Below, one piece after another: positions 36,001 to 42,760 of a stretch of DNA of 64,000 nt (the stretch's first letter is position 1; each line of letters opens with the position of its first letter). The stretch is from NCBI GenBank assembly GCA_964490325.1, contig CAZBBX010000009.1:1859-65858 (forward strand). The letters run 5' to 3'. This DNA is from an uncultured Oscillospiraceae bacterium (lineage in GTDB: Bacteria > Bacillota > Clostridia > Christensenellales > CAG-138). Made by a program: the position numbers and the translations under genes. The notes under the pieces were generated by a model. It did not search any database. It had not been told where the DNA came from and worked only from the letters and a program-made list of their open reading frames with translations.

Positions 36001-36931
36001 TTGTCAAAAACATGCAAAAAATAACGCCTTGTCCGACTTGCTCAATAAGCTTATTCTCAAAAATAGACTAGAAAAGATCGATGCAAAACAACTGTTTCCC
36101 AACATTACATTTTCTAGACAAACCGATGTGTTATGTACCAATATCCATGCCTATAAGCATATTCTTTGCCGTGAAGCGTCTTTTGATGCATACTTTATGG
36201 AGGACATTCGCAGCTTCAAACAACGTTTGATAATATATTCCCCGTTTATCACCGAAAGTCGCCTGTGCTGCCTACTTCCACATTTTGCCGATGCGGTGTC
36301 TGCAGGGAAGCAAATCATTGTTGTTACGAAAACGGTATCAGAGCGTAATAAAGGCGAAGTGGGGTCGTATCAGAAATGTGAGGAGGAGTTGCGCAGCATT
36401 GGTGTGAGCGTACTTCATAAAAAGGGAATGCACGAAAAGTTGATTTTCGTAGATAGTGAAGCGTTGTGGATCGGTTCATTGAATGCATTGAGCTATACTG
36501 GCTTGACTGGTGAAATCATGTATCGACTAGAAGACGCAACTCAAACGAAAGAACACGAAGATATCTATTATATTGAGAGTATTTGTGATGCGGTGGATCA
36601 TAGCTACGAACAGAAATGTCCTATTTGTAATAATGAAATGGTTATTCGAGATTGCAGCGATGGCGGAATTTATTGGAAGTGTATTAACTGTGACTATTCA
36701 AGAAACTATCTACAACAGTACCCGAAGGATGGAATTATGCGTTGTAAATGTGGAGCTGAATATGTTTTCTCCATGAAAAAAGAACCAAGGTGGGTTTGTT
36801 CCAAGGATCCACATCACTACCAAACAATACACAGAAGTGATCTTCTACTAAATAAGATGGCAGCACTAATACCAACAAAGGCTGACAGAGAGAGGGTTAA
36901 TGCATACTTTGACAGCCATAAGGGGGAGTGA
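33014..36931 (+). CDS. Upf1/DNA2-like SF1 helicase with coiled-coil insertion, fused to a PLD-family (single HKD) nuclease domain and two zinc ribbons; candidate single-gene anti-phage defence protein (Mokosh type II-like architecture)
   Basis: 1305-aa ORF with an AAGGGGA RBS. Helicase motifs in order: GPPGTGKT (33572-33595), VLVVSHTNTAVD, ILDEAS (DEAS 35150-35161), VIVGDFLQLPP, LDRQYRM, TIHSFQGSEADIVIFD, FNVAITRAK. HKD motif HEKLIFVD-x6-GSLN (36431-36484). CPIC-x17-CINC (36617-36691) and CKC-x15-C-x4-HH (36743-36817). Confidence 0.9.
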   Translation: MGVSDGQYAPERVELKGYLAEFRDALEEEIRDIEKNGQSITSLAGGRRIGNRGLEFWYRFSVEYAPSIPADTPATLLIGRDRFDVTVISFEENSITISSTVQLPDHIGRAQLENGATELMRRLIKRIEENATKKNPAGEHMLDCKDGVYPAKQIRSHDNLVFDPVYNEEQKRAIKTALEYDITYIWGPPGTGKTMVIGRIAGELFQRGRSVLVVSHTNTAVDGAIEKTDEEYSKRHTTDAADYPILRLGTPSRLLPERVLLKTHVTKLGEKLVEKKQKLENEQAKKNAEIGRMLDLLKKDTWVKGNKLGQIKETLYNIANLEKQESDIKQRIESINTELQLIKENCPKYREYCALAKDYSILEKEYRSACDRLSEAETIIEESPRCIQEALDEVKKHDIYTALREKEETHMSIQFLNKEISKAISNIERLSSEKNQIDVRRNEATQKIAKYELKSSFAKVFSGKGAINEARSCMQESEIRLQQIESELQRTLELEQRYKDEINELSILKEQIKAVKPSNTVSYWEGEADTLQKKNKKAKEEREALLLSKSRLEDRLPKLEAQCNAAKVPFDSFKELDKDRQTAEGGLKRIKDTIMRAHSRCQQQLSEEYSQCSAFSDIAKGGSNKELFDILCTQLNMVRNEVKGCNPEELQKHIAQLEKELNSVSKQMDEIREKLLELEKQAVMKASIIGCTLAKSYLSDVLRQRTFDTVILDEASMASIPALWCAGYLAVNCFVIVGDFLQLPPIVLASTPMARKWLGKDIFYHSGMQAKAKGTNEIPVNFVMLDRQYRMESDIADISNMYYGQYKRLRSDDIATCRIEGRQNFYKWCSEKENAPHVHLIDTESLHAWVTGVRRPKGHSRLNCFSAAVDVDLAFSLLKNKLLALDPNTAKPVTESSILIVAPYKPHVKRLSKLIELEYRNRGFKEDLNYIRAGTIHSFQGSEADIVIFDLVIDEPHWKANLFMTESGINDDLRKMFNVAITRAKYQLFIVGNFAYCQKHAKNNALSDLLNKLILKNRLEKIDAKQLFPNITFSRQTDVLCTNIHAYKHILCREASFDAYFMEDIRSFKQRLIIYSPFITESRLCCLLPHFADAVSAGKQIIVVTKTVSERNKGEVGSYQKCEEELRSIGVSVLHKKGMHEKLIFVDSEALWIGSLNALSYTGLTGEIMYRLEDATQTKEHEDIYYIESICDAVDHSYEQKCPICNNEMVIRDCSDGGIYWKCINCDYSRNYLQQYPKDGIMRCKCGAEYVFSMKKEPRWVCSKDPHHYQTIHRSDLLLNKMAALIPTKADRERVNAYFDSHKGE

Positions 36932-36956
36932 GTGGTATTACTGATTGCCTACAGAG

Positions 36957-36983
36957 GAGGGGCGCAGACCCCTCTTTTTTTGT
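36957..36983 (+). repeat. right direct repeat = second copy of the terminator hairpin (GAGGGG-cgcaga-CCCCTC-TTTTTTTGT)
   Basis: Identical core to 32610-32632. It also serves as the terminator of the island gene. Confidence 0.9.
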
Positions 36984-37031
36984 GCGGCGGCGGCAGAGGG
37001 ACGGCGGGGAGAAGGCGCTGCTAAAAAAACA

Positions 37032-37060
37032 TTGACAAACGACAAAAAATATGGTTAAAT
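37032..37060 (+). promoter_or_regulatory. promoter (TTGACA-17-TTAAAT) upstream of the XRE-cupin regulator
   Basis: Hexamers at 37032-37 and 37055-60. Confidence 0.5.
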
Positions 37061-37113
37061 CCTGCTTGTTGGTTTAGTGAATGTAAACTTTATGTTTAGA
37101 AAGGGTTGACCGC

Positions 37114-37653
37114 ATGGAGATCGGCGAAAAGATCAAAAGGCTGCGCTTGCGCTTGGGTCTGACGCAGGAGGAGCTTGCGGCTCGAACGGAGCTGACCAAA
37201 GGCTTTATCTCGCAGCTGGAGCGCGACATCACCTCGCCCTCCATTGCAACGCTTATGGACATTTTAGAGGCGCTCGGCACGGACATCAGCAGCTTTTTCA
37301 GCGAACGCGTGGACGAAAAGGTGGTCTGGCCCGCCGAGGACATGTTCCTCAAGGAGGACGAAGACGCGGGGCTCACCATCCGTTGGGTGGTGGCAAGCGC
37401 GCAAAAGAACGGCATGGAGCCGATCTTTGTGACGCTGCAAAGCGGCGCGAGTACGCAGCAAAGCGATCCGCACGAGGGCGAGGAGTTTGGCTACGTCCTA
37501 AGCGGCACCGTTACGCTGATAGACGGCGATACGCGCTATCGCGTCAAAAAGGGAGACGGCTTTTATCTGCGCCCCAAGGGGGTACACTACTTGGTAAACA
37601 GCGGCAAGCGGCAGGCAGAGGTGCTGTGGGTCAGCGCGCCGCCCTCATTCTGA
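37114..37653 (+). CDS. XRE-family HTH + cupin domain transcriptional regulator (PuuR-like)
   Basis: [41 protein letters not shown], with a C-terminal cupin ([16 protein letters not shown]). Precedes potABCD. Confidence 0.85.
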   Translation: MEIGEKIKRLRLRLGLTQEELAARTELTKGFISQLERDITSPSIATLMDILEALGTDISSFFSERVDEKVVWPAEDMFLKEDEDAGLTIRWVVASAQKNGMEPIFVTLQSGASTQQSDPHEGEEFGYVLSGTVTLIDGDTRYRVKKGDGFYLRPKGVHYLVNSGKRQAEVLWVSAPPSF

Positions 37654-37672
37654 CAGGTCGGGGGGAAAGACG

Positions 37673-39058
37673 ATGGACGAACGGAAGCATTTGATCGAGC
37701 TGATCGACGTATCGAAGGATTACAACGGGGATGTGGCGCTGGAACACATCAATTTGTACATTCGGGACGGCGAGTTTCTTACGCTCTTGGGGCCTTCGGG
37801 CTGCGGCAAGACGACCATGCTGCGCCTGATAGCGGGCTTCATTCTGCCCACTGCGGGACGCATCGAGATGGACGGGGTGGACATTGCGCGCATCCCGCCG
37901 CACAAGCGGGAGGTCAACACGGTGTTCCAAAAGTACGCCCTGTTCCCGCATCTCAACGTGTTCGACAACATCGCCTTCGGCCTGAAGATCAAGAAGCTCA
38001 GCAAGGACGTGATCGAGGAGAAGGTCAACGCCATGCTCAAGCTCGTCAACCTGCCGGGCTACGGCAAGCGTTGGGTGGATCAGCTTTCGGGCGGACAGCA
38101 GCAGCGCATCGCCATTGCCAGAGCCTTGGTCAACGAACCGAAGGTGCTGCTCCTGGACGAACCGCTCGGCGCCTTGGATCTCAAGCTGCGGCAGGAGATG
38201 CAGGTCGAGCTCAAGCGGATGCAGCAGCAGCTGGGCATCACCTTCATCTACGTCACCCACGATCAGGAGGAGGCGCTCACCATGAGCGACACCATCGTGG
38301 TGATGAAGGACGGCGTGATCCAGCAGGTCGGTACGCCCATCGACATCTATAACGAGCCGAAGAACCCCTTTGTGGCGGACTTCATCGGCGAGAGCAACAT
38401 CATCGACGGCATCATGCTGGAGGACTATCGCGTGCGCATCAACGGCGTGAGCTACAAGTGCGTGGACACGGGTTTCGGCAAGAACGTGGAGGTGGACGTG
38501 GTCGTTCGCCCCGAGGACATCGACATCGTTCCAAAGGAAGAGGCGCGCATAGCGGGCGTGGTCAGCTCGGTGGTGTTCATGGGGGTGCATTACGAGGTCT
38601 GCGTGGACTGCGGCGGCTACGAATGGGTCGTGCAGACCACGGAGAGCGCCGCTGTGGGCGACAACGTGGGCATCTCCATTCCGCCGGACGCCATCCACAT
38701 CATGAAAAAGACGCGCTCCAACAACATCTTGGACTGCGAGGTCTATCCCGACGACGGGGAGATCTACATCGACGACGTGGCGTTTACCTGCGAGATCCCC
38801 GAGGATTACGAGACCCGCGAGAAGGCACTGGTGCAGATCCGACCCGCCGACGTATCCGTTGTTGCGCCGCAGGACGCCAAGCTGACAGGCTTTGTCAAGG
38901 CGTGCATGTTCCTTGGCACGCACTATGAGATCACCATCTCCTGCAAGGAGAACGACTGGATCGCGTTCACGCCCGACTTCATGGAGGACGGCGAGGAGGT
39001 CGGCATACAGGCGGAGGCAGACAAGCTGACGCTCAGCCACACCGACCTGAACGGGTAA
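37673..39058 (+). CDS. potA: spermidine/putrescine ABC transporter ATP-binding protein with extended C-terminus
   Basis: Walker [18 protein letters not shown] and [11 protein letters not shown] motifs. 461 aa, which is longer than I recall for typical PotA proteins (about 350-385 aa). The extra length comes from a second TOBE-like repeat. Confidence 0.88.
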   Translation: MDERKHLIELIDVSKDYNGDVALEHINLYIRDGEFLTLLGPSGCGKTTMLRLIAGFILPTAGRIEMDGVDIARIPPHKREVNTVFQKYALFPHLNVFDNIAFGLKIKKLSKDVIEEKVNAMLKLVNLPGYGKRWVDQLSGGQQQRIAIARALVNEPKVLLLDEPLGALDLKLRQEMQVELKRMQQQLGITFIYVTHDQEEALTMSDTIVVMKDGVIQQVGTPIDIYNEPKNPFVADFIGESNIIDGIMLEDYRVRINGVSYKCVDTGFGKNVEVDVVVRPEDIDIVPKEEARIAGVVSSVVFMGVHYEVCVDCGGYEWVVQTTESAAVGDNVGISIPPDAIHIMKKTRSNNILDCEVYPDDGEIYIDDVAFTCEIPEDYETREKALVQIRPADVSVVAPQDAKLTGFVKACMFLGTHYEITISCKENDWIAFTPDFMEDGEEVGIQAEADKLTLSHTDLNG

Positions 39059-39063
39059 GCGCG

Positions 39064-39846
39064 ATGAAGCGGACGGTCTTTGCGTATCCCTACATCGTAT
39101 GGATGCTCATCTTCATCTTAGCGCCGATGGCGTTCATCTTTGTGTACGCGTTCTCCGTGAACGGCTCCTTCAGCTGGGAGCCCTTCCTCAAGGCGCTCTC
39201 CCCGGAGTACCTCAAGGTGTTGGGACATTCCATCCTCACCGCGCTGTACACGACGCTCATCTGCCTGCTGCTGGGCTATCCCATCGCGTACATCCTCTCC
39301 CGCATGAAGCGGAGCGTGGCGGCGCTGATGAGCGTGTTCTTCATCGTGCCCATGTGGATGAACTTCCTGCTGCGCACCTATGCGTGGCGGGTGCTGCTGG
39401 GCAGCTTTTTCCCGGGGGTGCTGAACACCGAGGCGGCGGTGCTGCTGGGCATGGTGTATAACTTTCTGCCCTTCATGCTGCTGCCCATCTACACGGTGCT
39501 GCAAAAGATGGACAAGAGCTATTTGGAGGCTGCGCGGGATCTGGGTGCAAACGGCTTTGTCAGTTTCCTCCGCGTGGTGCTGCCCCTGTCCGTTCCCGGC
39601 ATCGTATCGGGCGTGACCATGGTGTTCGTGCCGTCCATAACGGCGTTTGCCATTTCGCAGCTCTTGGGCGGCAAGATGACGGGGATGCTCTACGGCGATC
39701 TGATCTACAACAAGTTCGTCATTGAAGGCTCCCAGTCCGTGGGCAGCGCGCTGTCCATCGTGCTGCTCGTGTTCGTGCTTATCAGCATGGGGGTCATGCG
39801 GCTGTTCGACAAGAGCCATGAGGAGGAAGGGGGCAAACTGTGGTGA
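39064..39846 (+). CDS. potB: spermidine/putrescine ABC transporter permease
   Basis: 260-aa polytopic ORF with an EAA-loop-like motif (LEAARDLGANGF). Confidence 0.85.
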   Translation: MKRTVFAYPYIVWMLIFILAPMAFIFVYAFSVNGSFSWEPFLKALSPEYLKVLGHSILTALYTTLICLLLGYPIAYILSRMKRSVAALMSVFFIVPMWMNFLLRTYAWRVLLGSFFPGVLNTEAAVLLGMVYNFLPFMLLPIYTVLQKMDKSYLEAARDLGANGFVSFLRVVLPLSVPGIVSGVTMVFVPSITAFAISQLLGGKMTGMLYGDLIYNKFVIEGSQSVGSALSIVLLVFVLISMGVMRLFDKSHEEEGGKLW

Positions 39847-40652
39847 AACGCATAAGCAAGCTGCTCTCGGGCGCCTACCTTGGGCTGATGCTCCTATTTT
39901 TGTACGTCCCGATCTTCTTCTTGATCGCCTACTCCTTCAACGCCTCCAAGACCCTTGGCAACTGGACGGGCTTCACGCTGGATTGGTATGTAAAGCTTTT
40001 CAACAACTCCACCATCATGGACGCCCTGTGGGTGACCATCTCGGTGGCGGTCATCTCTGCCGTCGTTGCGACCGTGTTGGGCACGGCGGCAGCCATCGGC
40101 ATCCACTCCATGAAGCGCCGCCGCCGTGCGCTCATCGAGAGCGTATCGCAGCTTCCCATGGTCAATCCCGACCTGGTGACGGGCGTCTCGCTGATGCTGC
40201 TGTTCCTGTTCATCGGTCTGCGCGACGGCTATGTGCGACTTTTGATCGCGCACATCACCTTCAACCTGCCCTATGTGCTCTTTTCGGTGCTGCCAAGGCT
40301 TCGGCAAAGCTCCAACATGCTCTACGAGGCGGCGCTGGATCTGGGCTGCACGCCCATGCGTGCGCTGTGGAAGGTGGTCATCCCCGACATCATGCCGGGC
40401 ATCGTATCGGGCTTCATCCTTGCGTTCACCCTGTCCATCGACGACTTTGTCATCAGCTTCTTTGCGGGGAACGGCGTGGACAATCTGTCCATGTACATCT
40501 TCTCCAGTGCAAGGCAGGGCATCAATCCCGCGCTGTCCACGATCATCTTCGTACCCGTGCTGACGCTGCTGCTGATCGTCAACATCCGCAGCATCAAGCG
40601 TGAGCGGGAGGATGAGATCCAAGACCGCAAGACCAAGGCGAAAAAGAGATAA
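39840..40652 (+). CDS. potC: spermidine/putrescine ABC transporter permease
   Basis: 270-aa polytopic ORF with an EAA loop (YEAALDLGCTPM). GTG start overlaps the potB stop. Confidence 0.85.
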   Translation: MVKRISKLLSGAYLGLMLLFLYVPIFFLIAYSFNASKTLGNWTGFTLDWYVKLFNNSTIMDALWVTISVAVISAVVATVLGTAAAIGIHSMKRRRRALIESVSQLPMVNPDLVTGVSLMLLFLFIGLRDGYVRLLIAHITFNLPYVLFSVLPRLRQSSNMLYEAALDLGCTPMRALWKVVIPDIMPGIVSGFILAFTLSIDDFVISFFAGNGVDNLSMYIFSSARQGINPALSTIIFVPVLTLLLIVNIRSIKREREDEIQDRKTKAKKR

Positions 40653-40686
40653 AAATAACGCTGTAACCATAAGGAGGTATCGTCCC

Positions 40687-41733
40687 ATGAAAAAGATCGT
40701 TTCCCTGTGTATCTGTCTCGTGCTCATTCTCACGCTCGGCCTGACCGCCTGCGGCGAAAAGAAACAGACGCTCAACATCCTCAACTGGGGCGATTACATC
40801 GACCCCGCGCTCATCGAGCAGTTCGAGGATACCTACAACGTAAAGGTCAAGTACTCCACGCTGACCAGCAACGAGGAAATGCTTATCAAGCTGCGCGCAA
40901 GCGACTGCGTATACGACCTGTGCTTCCCCTCGGACTACATCATCGAGAAGCTCATCTCCGAGGATCTCTTGGCGCCGCTGAACATGGACAACATTCCAAA
41001 CAGCGTCAATTTGGACGCGGACATCCTCGCCACGACAGCCTCCTTCGACCCGGGCAACACCTACTCCCTGCCGTACATGTGGGGCACGGTGGGCATCCTG
41101 TACAACAAGACGATGGTAAGCGAGCAGGTGGACAGCTGGGACATCCTTTGGGATACAAACTACGCAGGACAGGTGCTGATGTACGACAGCGTGCGCGACA
41201 CCATCGGTCTGTCGCTGATCCGCTTGGGCTATGACCTCAACACCAGAAGCGAGGAAGAGGTCGGCAAGGCCGCGGACGAGCTGATCTGGCAAAAGCAAAA
41301 CGTTGCGCAGGGTTACGGCACGGACGACATCAAGGAGGCCATGATCAATGGCCGCGCCGCCTTGGGGGTCATGTATTCGGGCGACGCCCTGTACTGCATC
41401 TCGGAGAACAGTGACCTTGCCTATGCCCTGCCCAAGGAAGGCAGCAACGTATGGTTCGACAACGTGGTCATCCCCAAGACCTCCAAGAATCAGGAGCTGG
41501 CGGAGACCTTCATCAACTTCCTCTGCGACGCCGAGGTCGCCAAGCAGAACACGGAGTATATCTATTACTCCTCGCCCAACGCCGCGGCAATGGCGCTGCT
41601 GGACGAGAGCTTCACCGAGGATCCCACCTACAACCCGTCCAAGGAGACCTTGGCGCGCTGCGTGGTGTTCCACGATCTGGGCGAGTTTATCACCGTGTTC
41701 AACGACGCTTGGGAGCGCGTGCTGCAAAGCTAA
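40687..41733 (+). CDS. potD: spermidine/putrescine ABC transporter substrate-binding lipoprotein
   Basis: ATG at 40687 after AAGGAGG. Lipobox LTLGLTAC. PotD-like body. The track ORF starts upstream at 40600. Confidence 0.85.
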   Translation: MKKIVSLCICLVLILTLGLTACGEKKQTLNILNWGDYIDPALIEQFEDTYNVKVKYSTLTSNEEMLIKLRASDCVYDLCFPSDYIIEKLISEDLLAPLNMDNIPNSVNLDADILATTASFDPGNTYSLPYMWGTVGILYNKTMVSEQVDSWDILWDTNYAGQVLMYDSVRDTIGLSLIRLGYDLNTRSEEEVGKAADELIWQKQNVAQGYGTDDIKEAMINGRAALGVMYSGDALYCISENSDLAYALPKEGSNVWFDNVVIPKTSKNQELAETFINFLCDAEVAKQNTEYIYYSSPNAAAMALLDESFTEDPTYNPSKETLARCVVFHDLGEFITVFNDAWERVLQS

Positions 41734-41734
41734 A

Positions 41735-42185
41735 GCCGTCTGCGACGGCTTCGCCAAAAAGCGCACGCTTTTTGACGAGACTGCTTTGGCCGTCTGCGAC
41801 GGCTTCGTCAAAAAACCGCCGTTTTTTGACGAGTCTGCTGCGGCAGGGCTTTCTCTTGCCCTTTTGGAGACCCAAAAGGGCAAGCAAGGTATCAAATCCG
41901 CCGCACATGTCGCCGGTATTAGCCGTCTATGACGGCTTCGCCAAAAAGCGCACGCTTTTTGACGAGACTGCTGCGGCAGGGCTTTCTCTTACCCTTTTGG
42001 AGACCCAAAAGGGCAAGCAAGGTATCAAAACCGCCGCGCATGTCGCCGGTTTTGATGGAGCTGATGGTTGTTCCCTTGCTGCTTGCGTTGTCGGATCGGC
42101 GGAGCGATCCGATGGTTGCTTATGGACGTTCCTTCGTTTATTCCATTGTCGGATCGGCGGAGCGATCCGACGGTTACTTTTTCAT
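41735..42185 (+). repeat. composite array of the multi-hairpin repeat family (about 2.5 tandem units)
   Basis: Modules present. H0 (GCCGTCTGCGACGGC): 41735-49, 41789-803, 41922-36. H1 (TCGCCAAAAAGCGCACGCTTTTTGACGA type): 41751-78, 41805-32, 41938-65. H2 (CTTGCCCTTTTGG-agac-CCAAAAGGGCAAG): 41855-84, 41988-42017. H4 (GTCGGATCGgcggagCGATCCGA): 42090-113, 42148-171. Confidence 0.85.
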
Positions 42186-42192
42186 CCATTGG

Positions 42193-42221
42193 AAAGGACT
42201 GCGCAAATGGCAGTCCTTTTT
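42193..42221 (+). terminator. rho-independent terminator
   Basis: AAAGGACTGC-gcaaatg-GCAGTCCTTT followed by a T-run. Confidence 0.75.
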
Positions 42222-42235
42222 CGATCTGTATTTAC

Positions 42236-42760
42236 TTATCCCTCATGCAGTCCGAGCCGCTTATAATAGCCCGCTTCCAATAAGTAGGAGCCGTCGGGCA
42301 GGCACAGCGTGTACAGCCCCGCTTCCCGCGTAAAGCCCGTCTTTTCGTACAGGCGGACGGCGGGCAGGTTCCCCGTTACAACGAGCAGCCGCAGCCACAT
42401 GGCGCCCCTTGCCTTGGCCAAGGCGGCGGCTTGCCGCAGCAGCGCAGCACCATAGCCTTTGCCGCGGTGCTCGACGCTTACACCCAGCCGCTCCAGGTAC
42501 AGGGAAGCGCCCTTTTGCCGCGTCCAAGCGGGAAACGGCGGCTCCTGCGGCGGCGGGCACAGGGCAAAAGCGCCCATGAGCTGCCCTCCTTTAGTCAAAA
42601 CGTACAGGCGCTCGTTTTCCATATCGTCTAGAAAGCAGCAGCCGGGATAGACCTCGTTCCATATGCCGATCCCATCCGCAGCAAGCCTTGCCGTGATCCC
42701 CCCAAACAGCGTCCTAAGGGCGCCGAGATCCGCCGCCGCTGCCAAACGAAGCGTGGTCAT
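42236..42760 (-). CDS. GNAT family N-acetyltransferase
   Basis: 174-aa ORF with the acetyl-CoA binding block VSVEHRGKGYGAALLRQAAALAK...LYEKTGF. ATGA overlap with the upstream gene. Confidence 0.85.
   Translation of the reverse strand: MTTLRLAAAADLGALRTLFGGITARLAADGIGIWNEVYPGCCFLDDMENERLYVLTKGGQLMGAFALCPPPQEPPFPAWTRQKGASLYLERLGVSVEHRGKGYGAALLRQAAALAKARGAMWLRLLVVTGNLPAVRLYEKTGFTREAGLYTLCLPDGSYLLEAGYYKRLGLHEG

Larger units (their letters stand above)
32635..36956 (+). other. AT-rich genomic island (about 4.3 kb) carrying a single large gene; candidate defence islet
   Basis: Abrupt, visible drop in GC and a switch to A/T-ending codons (AAA, GAA, ATT, TTA) relative to both flanks. Bounded by the 23-nt direct repeat. 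No integrase or transposase ORF in any frame. Confidence 0.8.

Noticed and set aside
32635-36956. Search for an integrase, transposase, toxin-antitoxin pair or second defence gene inside the island
   Set aside because: All other ORFs of 60 aa or more in the six-frame track are embedded within or antisense to the 1305-aa gene and have low-complexity translations (for example 32980-33300, 34087-34434, 34477-34794). None carries a recombinase or nuclease motif.
37631-39040. 469-aa minus-strand ORF covering all of potA
   Set aside because: Antisense shadow ORF of potA with a His/Asp/Leu/Val-rich nonsense composition. The plus strand carries unmistakable ABC ATPase motifs.
41735-42185. Possible CRISPR array, because of the reiterated units
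   Set aside because: The units are long, modular and contiguous, without unique spacers of constant length. No cas genes are nearby. The repeats are themselves composite hairpins that are also found singly elsewhere.
41929-42333. ORFs running through the repeat elements that share the peptide LLRQGFLLPFWRPKRASKVSKPP (also 41451-42266, 22147-22983 N-terminus, 17544-17987)
   Set aside because: The shared peptide simply reflects translation of the repeated hairpin DNA. Copies occur in both orientations, lack RBS and start context, and the nucleotide substitutions preserve stems rather than codons. The real UPF0340 gene starts at 22734.
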